Assembly (NCBI GenBank): GCA_964016885.1
Contig: OZ024741.1
Coordinates: 24,304,001-24,368,000 of the forward strand
DNA length: 64,000 nucleotides
DNA from: Eledone cirrhosa
Lineage: Eukaryota
Direction of reading: 5' to 3'
Shown: positions 29,101-41,980 of the stretch, piece after piece
How positions within the stretch are numbered: the first letter of the stretch is position 1
Layout of the letters: every line of letters begins with the position of its first letter
Notes under the pieces: generated by a model
The model's database searches: none
The model's input: only the letters and a program-made list of their open reading frames with translations
What the model was told of the DNA's origin: nothing
Made by a program: the position numbers and the translations under genes

Positions 29101-32100
29101 ATAGTAAAAGACAGTGCCTCAGCTGTCACCTAACCCTAATCCAGTACATATATAGTAAAAGACTGTGCTTCAGTTGTCACCTAACCCTAATCCAGTACAT
29201 ATATAGTAAAAGACTGTGCTTCAGCTGTCACCTAACCCTAATCCAGTACATATATAGTAAAAGACTGTGCTTCAGCTGTCACATAAACCTAATCCAGTAC
29301 ATATATAGTAAAAGACTGTGCTTCAGCTGTCACCTAACCCTAATCTAGTACATATATAGTAAAAGACTGTGCTTCAGCCATGACCTAACCCTAATGCAGT
29401 ACATATATAGTAAAAGACTGTGCTTCAGCTGTCACCTAACCTTAATCCAGAACATATATAGTAAAAGACTGTGCTTCAGCTGTCACCTAACCCTAATGCA
29501 GTACATATATAGTAAAAGACTGTGCTTCAGCCATGACCTAACCCTAATCCAGTACATATATAGTAAAAGACTGTGCTTCAGCTGTCACCTAACTCTAATC
29601 CAGTACATATATAGTAAAAGACTGTGATTCAGCTGTCACCTAACTGTAATCCAGTACATATATAGTAAAAGACTGTGCTTCAGCTGTCACCTAACCCCAA
29701 TCCAGTACATATATAGTAAAAGACTGTGCTTCAGCCATGACCTAACCCTAATCCAGTACATATATAGTAAAAGACTGTGCTTCAGCCATGACCTAACCCT
29801 AATCCAGTACATATATAGTAAAAGACTGTGCTTCAGCTGTCACCTAACTCTGATCCAGTACATATATAGTAAAAGACCGTGCCTCAGCTGTGACCTAACC
29901 CTAATCCAGTACATATATAGTAAAAGACTGTGCTTCAGCTGTGACCTAACCTTAATCCAGTACATATATAGTAAAAGACTGTGCTTCAGCTGTCACCTAA
30001 CCCTAATGCAGTACATATATAGTAAAAGACCGTGCCTCAGCTGTGACCTAACCCTAATTCCGCACATATATAGTAAAAGACTGTGCCTCAGCTGTGACCT
30101 AACCCTAATCCAGTACATATATAGTAAAAGACCGTGCTTCAGCCACGATCTAACCCTAATCCAGTACATATATAGTAAAAGACTGTGCTTCAGCCATGAC
30201 CTAACCCTAATCCAGTACATATATAGTAAAAGACTGTGCTTCAGCTGTCACCTAACTCTGATCCAGTACATATATAGTAAAAGACCGTGCCTCAGCTGTG
30301 ACCTAACCCTAATCCAGTACATATATAGTAAAAGACTGTGCTTCAACTGTGACCTAACCTTAATCCAGTACATATATAGTAAAAGACTGTGCTTCAGCTG
30401 TCACCTAACCCTAATGCAGTACATATATAGTAAAAGACCGTGCCTCAGCTGTGACCTAACCCTAATCCAGTACATATATAGTAAAAGACTGTGCCTCAGC
30501 TGTGACCTAACCCTAATCCAGTACATATATAGTAAAAGACCGTGCTTCAGCCACGATCTAACCCTAATCCAGTACATATATAGTAAAAGACTGTGCTTCA
30601 GCCATGACCTAACCCTAATCCAGTACATATATAGTAAAAGACTGTGCTTCAGACATGACCTAACCCTAATCCAGTACATATATAGTAAAAACTGTGCTTC
30701 AGCTGTCACCTAACCCTAATATCAGTACATATATAGTAAAAGACTGTGTTTCAGCTGTCACCTAACCCTAATCCAGTACATATATAGTAAAAGACCGTGC
30801 TTCAGCCATGACCTAACCCTAATCCAGTACATATATAGTAAAAGACTGTGCTTCAGCCATGACCTAACCCTAATCCAGTACATATATAGTAAAAGACTGT
30901 GCTTCAGCTGTCACCTAACCCTAATCCATTACATATATAGTAAAAGACTGTGCTTCAGCTGACTCCTAACCCTAATCCAGTACATATATAGTAAAAGACT
31001 GTGCTTCAGCTGTCACCTAACTCTAATCCAGTACATATATAGTAAAAGACTGTGCTTCAGCCTTGGCGTAACTTTAATCCAATCCATATATAGTAAAAGA
31101 CTGTGCTTCAGCTGTCACCTAACCCTAATCCAGTACATATATAGTAAAAGACTGTGCTGCAGCCATGACCTAACCCTAATCCAGTACATATATAGTAAAA
31201 GACTGTGCTTCAGCTGTCACCTAACCCTAATCCAGTACATATATAGTAAAAGACTGTGCTTCAGCTGTCACCTAACTCTAATCCTGTACATATATAGTAA
31301 AAGACTGTGCTGCAGCTGTCACCTAACCCTAATCCAGTACATATATAATAAAAGACTGTGCTGCAGCCATGACCTAACCCTAATCCAGTACATATATAGT
31401 AAAAGACTGTGCTTCAGCTGTCACCTAACCCTAATCCAGTACATATATAGTAAAAGACTGTGCTTCAGCTGTCACCTAACCCTAATCCAGTACATATATA
31501 ATAAAAGACTGTGCTGCAGCCATGACCTAACCCTAATCCAGTACATATTTAGTAAAAGACTGTGCTTCAGCCATGACCTAACACTAATCCAGTACATATA
31601 TAGTAAAAGACAGTGCCTCAGCTGTCACCTAACCCTAATCCAGTACATATATAGTAAAAGACTGTGCTTCAGTTGTCACCTAACCCTAATCCAGTACATA
31701 TATAGTAAAAGACTGTGCTTCAGCTGTCACCTAACCCTAATCCAGTACATATATAGTAAAAGACTGTGCTTCAGCTGTCACATAAACCTAATCCAGTACA
31801 TATATAGTAAAAGACTGTGCTTCAGCTGTCACCTAACCCTAATCTAGTACATATATAGTAAAAGACTGTGCTTCAGCCATGACCTAACCCTAATGCAGTA
31901 CATATATAGTAAAAGACTGTGCTTCAGCTGTCACCTAACCTTAATCCAGAACATATATAGTAAAAGACTGTGCTTCAGCTGTCACCTAACCCTAATGCAG
32001 TACATATATAGTAAAAGACTGTGCTTCAGCCATGACCTAACCCTAATCCAGTACATATATAGTAAAAGACTGTGCTTCAGCTGTCACCTAACTCTAATCC

Positions 32101-33649
32101 AGTACATATATAGTAAAAGACTGTGATTCAGCTGTCACCTAACTGTAATCCAGTACATATATAGTAAAAGACTGTGCTTCAGCTGTCACCTAACCCTAAT
32201 CCAGTACATATATAATAAAAGACTGTGCTGCAGCCATGACCTAACCCTAATCCAGTACATATATAGTAAAAGACTGTGCTTCTGCTGTCACCTAACCCTA
32301 ATCCAGTACATATATAGTAAAAGACTTTGCTTCAGCTGTCACCTAACCCTAATCCAGTACATATATAGTAAAAGACTGTGCTTCAGCTGTCACATAACCC
32401 TAATCCAGTACATATATAGTAAAAGACTGTGCTTCAGCCATGACCTAACCCTAATCCAGTACATTTATAGTAAAAGGCTGTGTTTCAGCTGTCACCTAAC
32501 TCTAATCCAGTACATATATAGTAAAAGACTGTGCTTCAGCTGTCACCTAACTCTAATCCAGTACATATATAGTAAAAGACTGTGCTTCAGCTGTCACCTG
32601 ACCCTAATCCAGTACATATTTAGTAAAAGACTGTGCTTCAGCCATGACCTAACACTAATCCAGTACATATATAGTAAAAGACAGTGCCTCAGCTGTCACC
32701 TAACCCTAATCCAGTACATATATAGTAAAAGACTGTGCTTCAGTTGTCACCTAACCCTAATCCAGTACATATATAGTAAAAGACTGTGCTTCAGCTGTCA
32801 CCTAACCCTAATCCTGTACATATATAGTAAAAGACTGTGCTTCAGCTGTCACATAAACCTAATCCAGTACATATATAGTAAAAGACTGTGCTTCAGCTGT
32901 CACCTAACCCTAATCTAGTACATATATAGTAAAAGACTGTGCTTCAGCCATGACCTAACCCTAATGCAGTACATATATAGTAAAAGACTGTGCTTCAGCT
33001 GTCACCTAACCTTAATCCAGAACATATATAGTAAAAGACTGTGCTTCAGCTGTCACCTAACCCTAATGCAGTACATATATAGTAAAAGACTGTGCTTCAG
33101 CCATGACCTAACCCTAATCCAGTACATATATAGTAAAAGACTGTGCTTCAGCTGTCACCTAACTCTAATCCAGTACATATATAGTAAAAGACTGTGATTC
33201 AGCTGTCACCTAACTGTAATCCAGTACATATATAGTAAAAGACTGTGCTTCAGCTGTCACCTAACCCCAATCCAGTACATATATAGTAAAAGACTGTGCT
33301 TCAGCCATGACCTAACCCTAATCCAGTACATATATAGTAAAAGACTGTGCTTCAGCTGTCACCTAACCCTAATCCAGTACATATATAGTAAAAGACTGTG
33401 CTTCAGCCATGACCTAACCCTAATCCAGTACATATATAGTAAAAGACTGTGCTTCAGCTGTCACCTAACCCTAATCCAGTACATATATAGTAAAAGACTG
33501 CGCTTCAGCCATGACCTAACCCTAATCCAGTACATATATAGTAAAAGACAGTGCCTCAGCTGTCACCTAACCCTAATCCAGTACATATATAGTAAAAGAC
33601 TGTGCTTCAGCTGTCACCTAACCCTAATCCAGTACATATATAGTAAAAG

Positions 33650-36600
33650 ACTGTGCTTCAGCTGTGACCTAACTCTAATCCTGTACATATATAGTAAAAG
33701 ACTGTGCTGCAGCTGTCACCTAACCCTAATCCAGTACATATATAATAAAAGACTGTGCTGCAGCCATGACCTAACCCTAATCCAGTACATATATAGTAAA
33801 AGACTGTGCTTCAGCTGTCACCTAACCCTAATCCAGTACATATATAGTAAAAGACTGTGCTTCAGCTGTCACCTAACCCTAATCCAGTACATATATAATA
33901 AAAGACTGTGCTGCAGCCATGACCTAACCCTAATCCAGTACATATATAGTAAAAGACTGTGCTTCTGCTGTCACTTAACCCTAATCCAGTACATATATAG
34001 TAAAAGACTTTGCTTCAGCTGTCACCTAACCCTAATCCAGTACATATATAGTAAAAGACTGTGCTTCAGCTGTCACATAACCCTAATCCAGTACATATAT
34101 AGTAAAAGACTGTGCTTCAGCCATGACCTAACCCTAATCCAGTACATATATAGTAAAAGGCTGTGTTTCAGCTGTCACCTAACTCTAATCCAGTACATAT
34201 ATAGTAAAAGACTGTGCTTCAGCTGTCACCTAACTCTAATCCAGTACATATATAGTAAAAGACTGTGCTTCAGCTGTCACCTGACCCTAATCCAGTACAT
34301 ATTTAGTAAAAGACTGTGCTTCAGCCATGACCTAACACTAATCCAGTACATATATAGTAAAAGACAGTGCCTCAGCTGTCACCTAACCCTAATCCAGTAC
34401 ATATATAGTAAAAGACTGTGCTTCAGTTGTCACCTAACCCTAATCCAGTACATATATAGTAAAAGACTGTGCTTCAGCTGTCACCTAACCCTAATCCAGT
34501 ACATATATAGTAAAAGACTGTGCTTCAGCTGTCACATAAACCTAATCCAGTACATATATAGTAAAAGACTGTGCTTCAGCTGTCACCTAACCCTAATCTA
34601 GTACATATATAGTAAAAGACTGTGCTTCAGCCATGACCTAACCCTAATGCAGTACATATATAGTAAAAGACTGTGCTTCAGCTGTCACCTAACCTTAATC
34701 CAGAACATATATAGTAAAAGACTGTGCTTCAGCTGTCACCTAACCCTAATGCAGTACATATATAGTAAAAGACTGTGCTTCAGCCATGACCTAACCCTAA
34801 TCCAGTACATATATAGTAAAAGACTGTGCTTCAGCTGTCACCTAACTCTAATCCAGTACATATATAGTAAAAGACTGTGATTCAGCTGTCACCTAACTGT
34901 AATCCAGTACATATATAGTAAAAGACTGTGCTTCAGCTGTCACCTAACCCCAATCCAGTACATATATAGTAAAAGACTGTGCTTCAGCCATGACCTAACC
35001 CTAATCCAGTACATATATAGTAAAAGACTGTGCTTCAGCCATGACCTAACCCTAATGCAGTACATATATAGTAAAAGACTGTGCTTCAGCTGTGACCTAA
35101 CCTTAATCCAGTACATATATAGTAAAAGACTGTGCTTCAGCTATCACCTAACCCTAATGCAGTACATATATAGTAAAAGACTGTGCTTCAGCCATGACCT
35201 AACCCTAATCCAGTACATATATAGTAAAAGACTGTGCTTCAGCTGTCACCTAACTCTAATCCAGTACATATATAGTAAAAGACTGTGCTTCAGCTGTCAC
35301 CTAACTCTAATCCAGTACATATATAGTAAAAGACCGTGCCTCAGCCATGACCTAACTCTAATCCAGTACATATATAGTAAAAGACTGTGCTTCAGCTGTC
35401 ACCTAACCCTAATCCAGTACATATATAGTAAAAGACTGTGCTTCAGCTGTCACCTAACCATAATCCAGTACATATATAGTAAAAGACTGTGCTTCAGCTG
35501 TCACCTAACCCTAATCCAGTACATATATAGTAAAAGACTGTGCTTCAGCTGTCACCTAACCCTAATCCAGTACATATATAGTAAAAGACTGTGCTTCAGC
35601 TGTCACCTAACCCTAATCCAGTACATATATAGTAAAAGACTGTGCTTCAGCCATGACCTAACCCTAATCCAGTACATATATAGTAAAAGACTGTGCTTCA
35701 GCCTTGACCTAACCCTAATCCAGTACATATATAGAAAAAGACTGTGCTTCAGCTGTCACCTAACCCTAATCCAGTACATATATAATAAAAGAATGTGCTT
35801 CAGCCATGACCTAACCCTAATCCAGTACATATATAGTAAAAGACTGTGCTTCAGCTGTCATCTAACTCTAATCCAGTACATATATAGTAAAAGACTGTGC
35901 TTCAGCTGTCACCTAACTCTAATCCAGTACATATATAGTAAAAGACCGTGCCTCAGCCATGACCTAACTCTAATCCAGTACATATATAGTAAAAGACTGT
36001 GCTTCAGCTGTCACCTAACTGTAATCCAGTACATATATAGTAAAAGACTGTGCTTCAGCTGTCACCTAACCCTAATCCAGTACATATATAGTAAAAGACT
36101 GTGCTTCAGCTGTCACCTAACCCTAATCCAGTACATATATAGTAAAAGAGTATGCTTCAGCTGTCACCTAACCCTAATCCAGTACATATATAGTAAAAGA
36201 CTGTGCTTCAGCTGTCACCTAACCTTAATCCAGTACATATATAGTAAAAGACTGTGCTTCAGCTGTCACCTAACCCTAATCCAGTACATATATAGTAAAA
36301 GACCGTGCTTCAGCTGTCACCTAACCTTAATCCAGTACATATACAGTAAAAGACCGTGCTTCAGCTGTCATCTAACCTTAATCCAGTACATATATAGTAA
36401 AAGACCGTGCTTCAGCTGTCACCTAACTCTAATCCAGTACATATATAGTAAAAGACTGTGCTGCAGCCATGACCTAACCTTAATCCAGTACATATATAGT
36501 AAAAGACTGTGCTTCAGCTGTCACCTAACTCTAATCCAGTACATATATAGTAAAAAACTGTGCTTCAGCTGTCACCTAACTCTAATCCAGTACATATATA

Positions 36601-38950
36601 GTAAAAGACTGTGCTTCAGCCATGACCTAACTCTAATCCAGTACATATATAGTAAAAGACTGTGCTTCAGCTGTCACCTAACCCTAATCCAGTACATATA
36701 TAGTAAAAGACTGTGCTTCAGCCATGACCTAACCCTAATCCAGTACATATATAGTAAAAGACTGTGCTTCATCCATGACCTAACCCTAATCCAGTACATA
36801 TATAGTAAAAGACTGTGCTTCAGCCATGACCTAACTCTAATCCAGTACATATATAGTAAAAGACTGTGCTTCAGCCATGACCTAACCCTAATCCAGTACA
36901 TATATAGTAAAAGACTGTGCTTCAGCTGTCACCTAACTCTAATCCAGTACATATATAGTAAAAGACCGTGTTTCAGCTGTGACCTAACCCTAATCCAGTA
37001 CATATATAGTAAAAGACTGTGCTTCAGCCATGACCTAATCCTAATCCAGTACATATATAGTAAAAGACTGTGCTTCAGCCATGACCTAACCTTAATCCAG
37101 TACATATATAGTAAAAGACTGTGCTTCAAACATGACCTAACCCTAATCCAGTACATATATAGTAAAAGACTGTGTTTCAGCTGTCACCTAACCCTAATCC
37201 AGTACATATATAGTAAAAGACCGTGCTTCAGCCATGACCTAACCCTAATCCAGTACATATATAGTAAAAGACTGTGCTTCAGCCATGACCTAACCCTAAT
37301 CCAGTACATATATAGTAAAAGACTGTGCTTCAGCTGTCACCTAACCCTAATCCAGTACATATATAGTAAAAGACTGTGCTTCAGCTGACTCCTAACGCTA
37401 ATCCAGTACATATATAGTAAAAGACTGTGCTTCAGCTGTCACCTAACTCTAATCCAGTACATATATAGTAAAAGACCGTGCTTCAGCCATGACGTAACTT
37501 TAATCCAATCCATATATAGTAAAAGACTGTGCTTCAGCCATGACCTAACCCTAATCCAGTACATATATAGTAAAAGACCGTACTTCAGCCATGACGTAAC
37601 TTTAATCCAATCCATATATAGTAAAAGACTGTGCTTCAGCTGTCACCTAACTCTAATCCTGTACATATATAGTAAAAAACTGCTTCAGCTGTCACCTAAC
37701 CCTAATCCAGTACTTATATAGTAAAAGACTGTGCTTCAGCCATGACCTAACCCTAATACAGTACATATACAGTAAAAGACTGTGCTTCAGCTGTCACCTA
37801 ACCCTAATCCAGTACATATATAGTAAAAGACTGTGCTTCAGCTGTCACCTATACCATAATCCAGTACATATATAGTAAAGACCGTGCTTCAGCCATGACC
37901 TAACCCTAATCCAGTACATATATAGTAAAAGACTGTGCTTCAGCCATGACCTAACCCTAATCCAGTACATATATAGTAAAAGACTGTGCTTCAGCCACGA
38001 TCTAAGCCTAATCCAGTACATATATAGTAAAAGACCATGCCTCAGCTGTGACCTAACCTTAATCCAGTACATATATAGGAAAAGACTGTGCATCAGCTGT
38101 GACCTAACCCTAATCCAGTATATATATAGTAAAAGACTGTGCTTCAGCTGTGACCTAACCCTAATCCAGTACATATATAGTAAAAGACTGTGCTTCAGCT
38201 GTCACCTAACCCTAATCCAATACATATATAATAAAAGACTGTGCTGCAGCCATGACCTAACCCTAATCCAGTACATATATAGTAAAAGACTGTGCTTCTG
38301 CCATGACCTAACCCTAATCCAGTACATATGTATTAAAAGACTGTGCTTCAGCTGTCACCTAAGCCTCATCCAGTACATATATAGTAAAAGACCGTGCCTC
38401 AGCTGTCACCTAACCCTAATCCAGTACATATATAGTAAAAGAGCGTGCCTCAGCTGTGACCTAACCCTAATCCAGTACATATATAGTAAAAGACCGTGCT
38501 TCAGCCACGATCTAACCCTAATCCAGTACATATATAGTAAAAGACCATACCTCAGCTGTGACCTAACCTTAATCCAGTACATATATAGTAAAAGACTGTG
38601 CTTTAGCTGTCACCTAACCCTAATCCAGTACATATATAGTAAAAGACTGTGCTTCAGCCATGACCTAACCCTAATCCAGTACATATATAGTAAAAGACTG
38701 TGCTTCAGCTGTCACCTAACCCTAATCCAGTACATATATAGTAAAAGACTGTGCTTCAGCTGTCACCTATACCCTAATCCAGTACATATATAGTAAAGAC
38801 CGTGCTTCAGCCATGACCTAACCCTAATCCAGTACATATATAGTAAAAGACTGTGCTTCAGCTGTCACCTAACTCTGATCCAGTACATATATAGTAAAAG
38901 ACCGTGCCTCAGCTGTGACCTAACCCTAATCCAGTACATATATAGTAAAA
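33650..38950. repeat. Long-range copy of ~15.1-21.2 kb (offset ~17.8-18.4 kb)
   Basis: ORF pairs 16241/34647 and 16649/35055 (+18406); gagtatgc ~18048/~36148 and atacagtaaa 18241/36341 (+18100); cctatac ~20056/~37848 (~+17790). The shrinking offset reflects whole-monomer gains or losses between the copies. Confidence 0.85.
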
Positions 38951-41900
38951 GACCGTGCTTCAGCCACAATCTAACCCTAATCCAGTACATGTATATAGTA
39001 AAAGACTGTGCTTCAGCTGTGATCTAACCCTAATCCAGTACATATATAGTAAAAGACTGTGCTTCAGCTGTGACCTAACCCTAATCCAGTACATATATAG
39101 TAAAAGACCGTGCTTCAGCCACGATCTAACCCTAATCCAGTACATGTATATAGTAAAAGACTGTGCTTCAGCTGTGATCTAACCCTAATCCAGTACATAT
39201 ATAGTAAAAGACTGTGCTTCAGCTGTCACCTAACCCTAATCCAATACATATATAGTAAAAGACCGTGCTTCAGCCATGACCTAACCCTAATCCAGTACAT
39301 ATATAGTAAAAGACTGTGCTTCAGCTGTCACCTAACCCTTATCCAGTACATATATAGTAAAAGACCGTGCTTCAGCCCTGACCTAACCCTAATCCAGTAC
39401 ATATATAGTAAAAGACTGTGTTTCAGCTGTGACCTAACCCTAATCCAGTACATATATAGTAAAAGACCGTGCTTCAGACATGACCTAACCCTAATCCAGT
39501 ACATATATAGTAAAAACAGTGCTTCAGCTGTCACCTAACCCTAATCCAGTACATATATAGTAAAAGACTGTTTTTCAGCTGTCACCTAACCCTAATCCAG
39601 TACATATATAGTAAAAGACTGTGCTTCAGCCATGACCTAACCCTAATCTAGTACATATATAGTAAAAGACCGTGCTTCAGCCCTGACCTAACCCTAATCC
39701 AGTACATATATAGTAAAAGACTGTGTTTCAGCTGTCACCTACCCTTAATCCAGTACATATATAGTAAAAGACCGTGCTTCAGCCATGACGTAACTTTAAT
39801 CCAATCCATATGTAGTAAAAGACTGTGCCTCAGCTGTGACCTAACCCTAATCCAGTACATATATAGTAAAAGACCGTGCTTCAGCCATGACCTAACCCTA
39901 ATCCAGTACATATATAGTAAAAGACTGTGCTTCAGCTGACTCCAAACCCTAATCCAGTACATATATAGTAAAAGACTGTGCTTCAGCTGTCACCTAACTC
40001 TAATCCAGTACATATATAGTAAAAGACCGTGCTTCAGCCATGACGTAACTTTAATCCAATCCATATATAGTAAAAGACTGTGCTTCAGCCATGACCTAAC
40101 CCTAATCCAGTACATATATAGTAAAAGACCGTACTTCAGCCATGACGTAACTATAATCCAATCCATATATAGTAAAAGACTGTGCTTCAGCTGTCACCTA
40201 ACTCTAATCCTGTACATATATAGTAAAAGACTGTGCTTCAGCTGTCACCTAACCCTAATCCTGTACATATATAGTAAAAGACTGTGCTTCAGCTGTCACC
40301 TAACCCTAATCCAGTACATATATAGTAAAAGACCGTACTTCAGCCATGACGTAACTTTAATCCAATCCATATATAGTAAAAGACTGTGCTTCAGCTGTCA
40401 CCTAACTCTAATCCTGTACATATATAGTAAAAGACTGTGCTTCAGCTGTCACCTAACCCTAATCCTGTACATATACAGTAAAAGACCGTGCCTCAGCTGT
40501 CACCTAACCCTAATCCAGTACATATATAGTAAAATAACGTGCCTCAGCTGTGACCTAACCCTAATCCAGTACATATATAGTAAAAGACCGTGCTTCAGCC
40601 ACGATCTAACCCTAATCCAGTACATATATAGTAAAAGACTGTGCTTCAGCCATGACCTAATCCTAATCCAGTACATATATAGTAAAAGACTGTGCTTCAG
40701 CCATGACCTAACCCTAATCCAGTACATATATAGTAAAAGACTGTGCTTCAGACATGACCGAACCCTAATCCAGTACATATATAGTAAAAGACTGTGTTTC
40801 AGCTGTCACCTAACCCTAATCCAGTACATATATAGTAAAAGACCGTGCTTCAGCCATGACCTAACCCTAATCCAGTACATATATAGTAAAAGACTGTGCT
40901 TCAGCCATGACCTAACCCTAATCCAGTACATATATAGTAAAAGACTGTGCTTCAGCTGTCACCTAACCCTAATCCAGTACATATATAGTAAAAGACTGTG
41001 CTTCAGCTGACTCCTAACCCTAATCCAGTACATATATAGTAAAAGACTGTGCTTCAGCTGTCACCTAACTCTAATCCAGTACATATATAGTAAAAGACCG
41101 TGCTTCAGCCATGACGTAACTTTAATCCAATCCATATATAGTAAAAGACTGTGCTTCAGCCATGACCTAACCCTAATCCAGTACATATATAGTAAAAGAC
41201 CGTACTTCAGCCATGACATAACTTTAATCCAATCCATATATAGTAAAAGACTGTGCTTCAGCTGTCACCTAACTCTAATCCTGTACATATATAGTAAAAA
41301 ACTGTGCTTCAGCTGTCACCTAACCCTAATCCAGTACATATATAGTAAAAGACTGTGCTTCAGCCATGACCTAACCCTAATACAGTACATATACAGTAAA
41401 AGACTGTGCTTCAGCTGTCACCTAACCCTAATCCAGTACATATATAGTAAAAGACTGTGCTTCAGCTGTCACCTATACCCTAATCCAGTACATATATAGT
41501 AAAGACCGTGCTTCAGCCATGACCTAACCCTAATCCAGTACATATATAGTAAAAGACTGTGCTTCAGCCATGACTTAACCCTAATCCAGTACATATATAG
41601 TAAAAGACAGTGCTTCAGCTGTCACCTAACTCTGATCCGGTACATATATAGTAAAAGACCGTGCCTCAGCTGTGACCTAACCCTAATCCAGTACATATAT
41701 AGTAAAAGACTGTGCCTCAGCTGTGACCTAACCCTAATCCAGTACATATATAGTAAAAGACTGTGCTTCAGCTGTGACCTAACCCTAATCCAGTACATAT
41801 ATAGTAAAAGACTGTGCTTCAGCTGTCACCTAACCCTAATCCAATACATATATAATAAAAGACTGTGCTGCAGCCATGACCTAACCCTAATCCAGTACAT

Positions 41901-41980
41901 ATATAGTAAAAGACTGTGCTTCTGCCATGACCTAACCCTAATCCAGTACATATGTAGTAAAAGACTGTGCTTCAGCTGTC

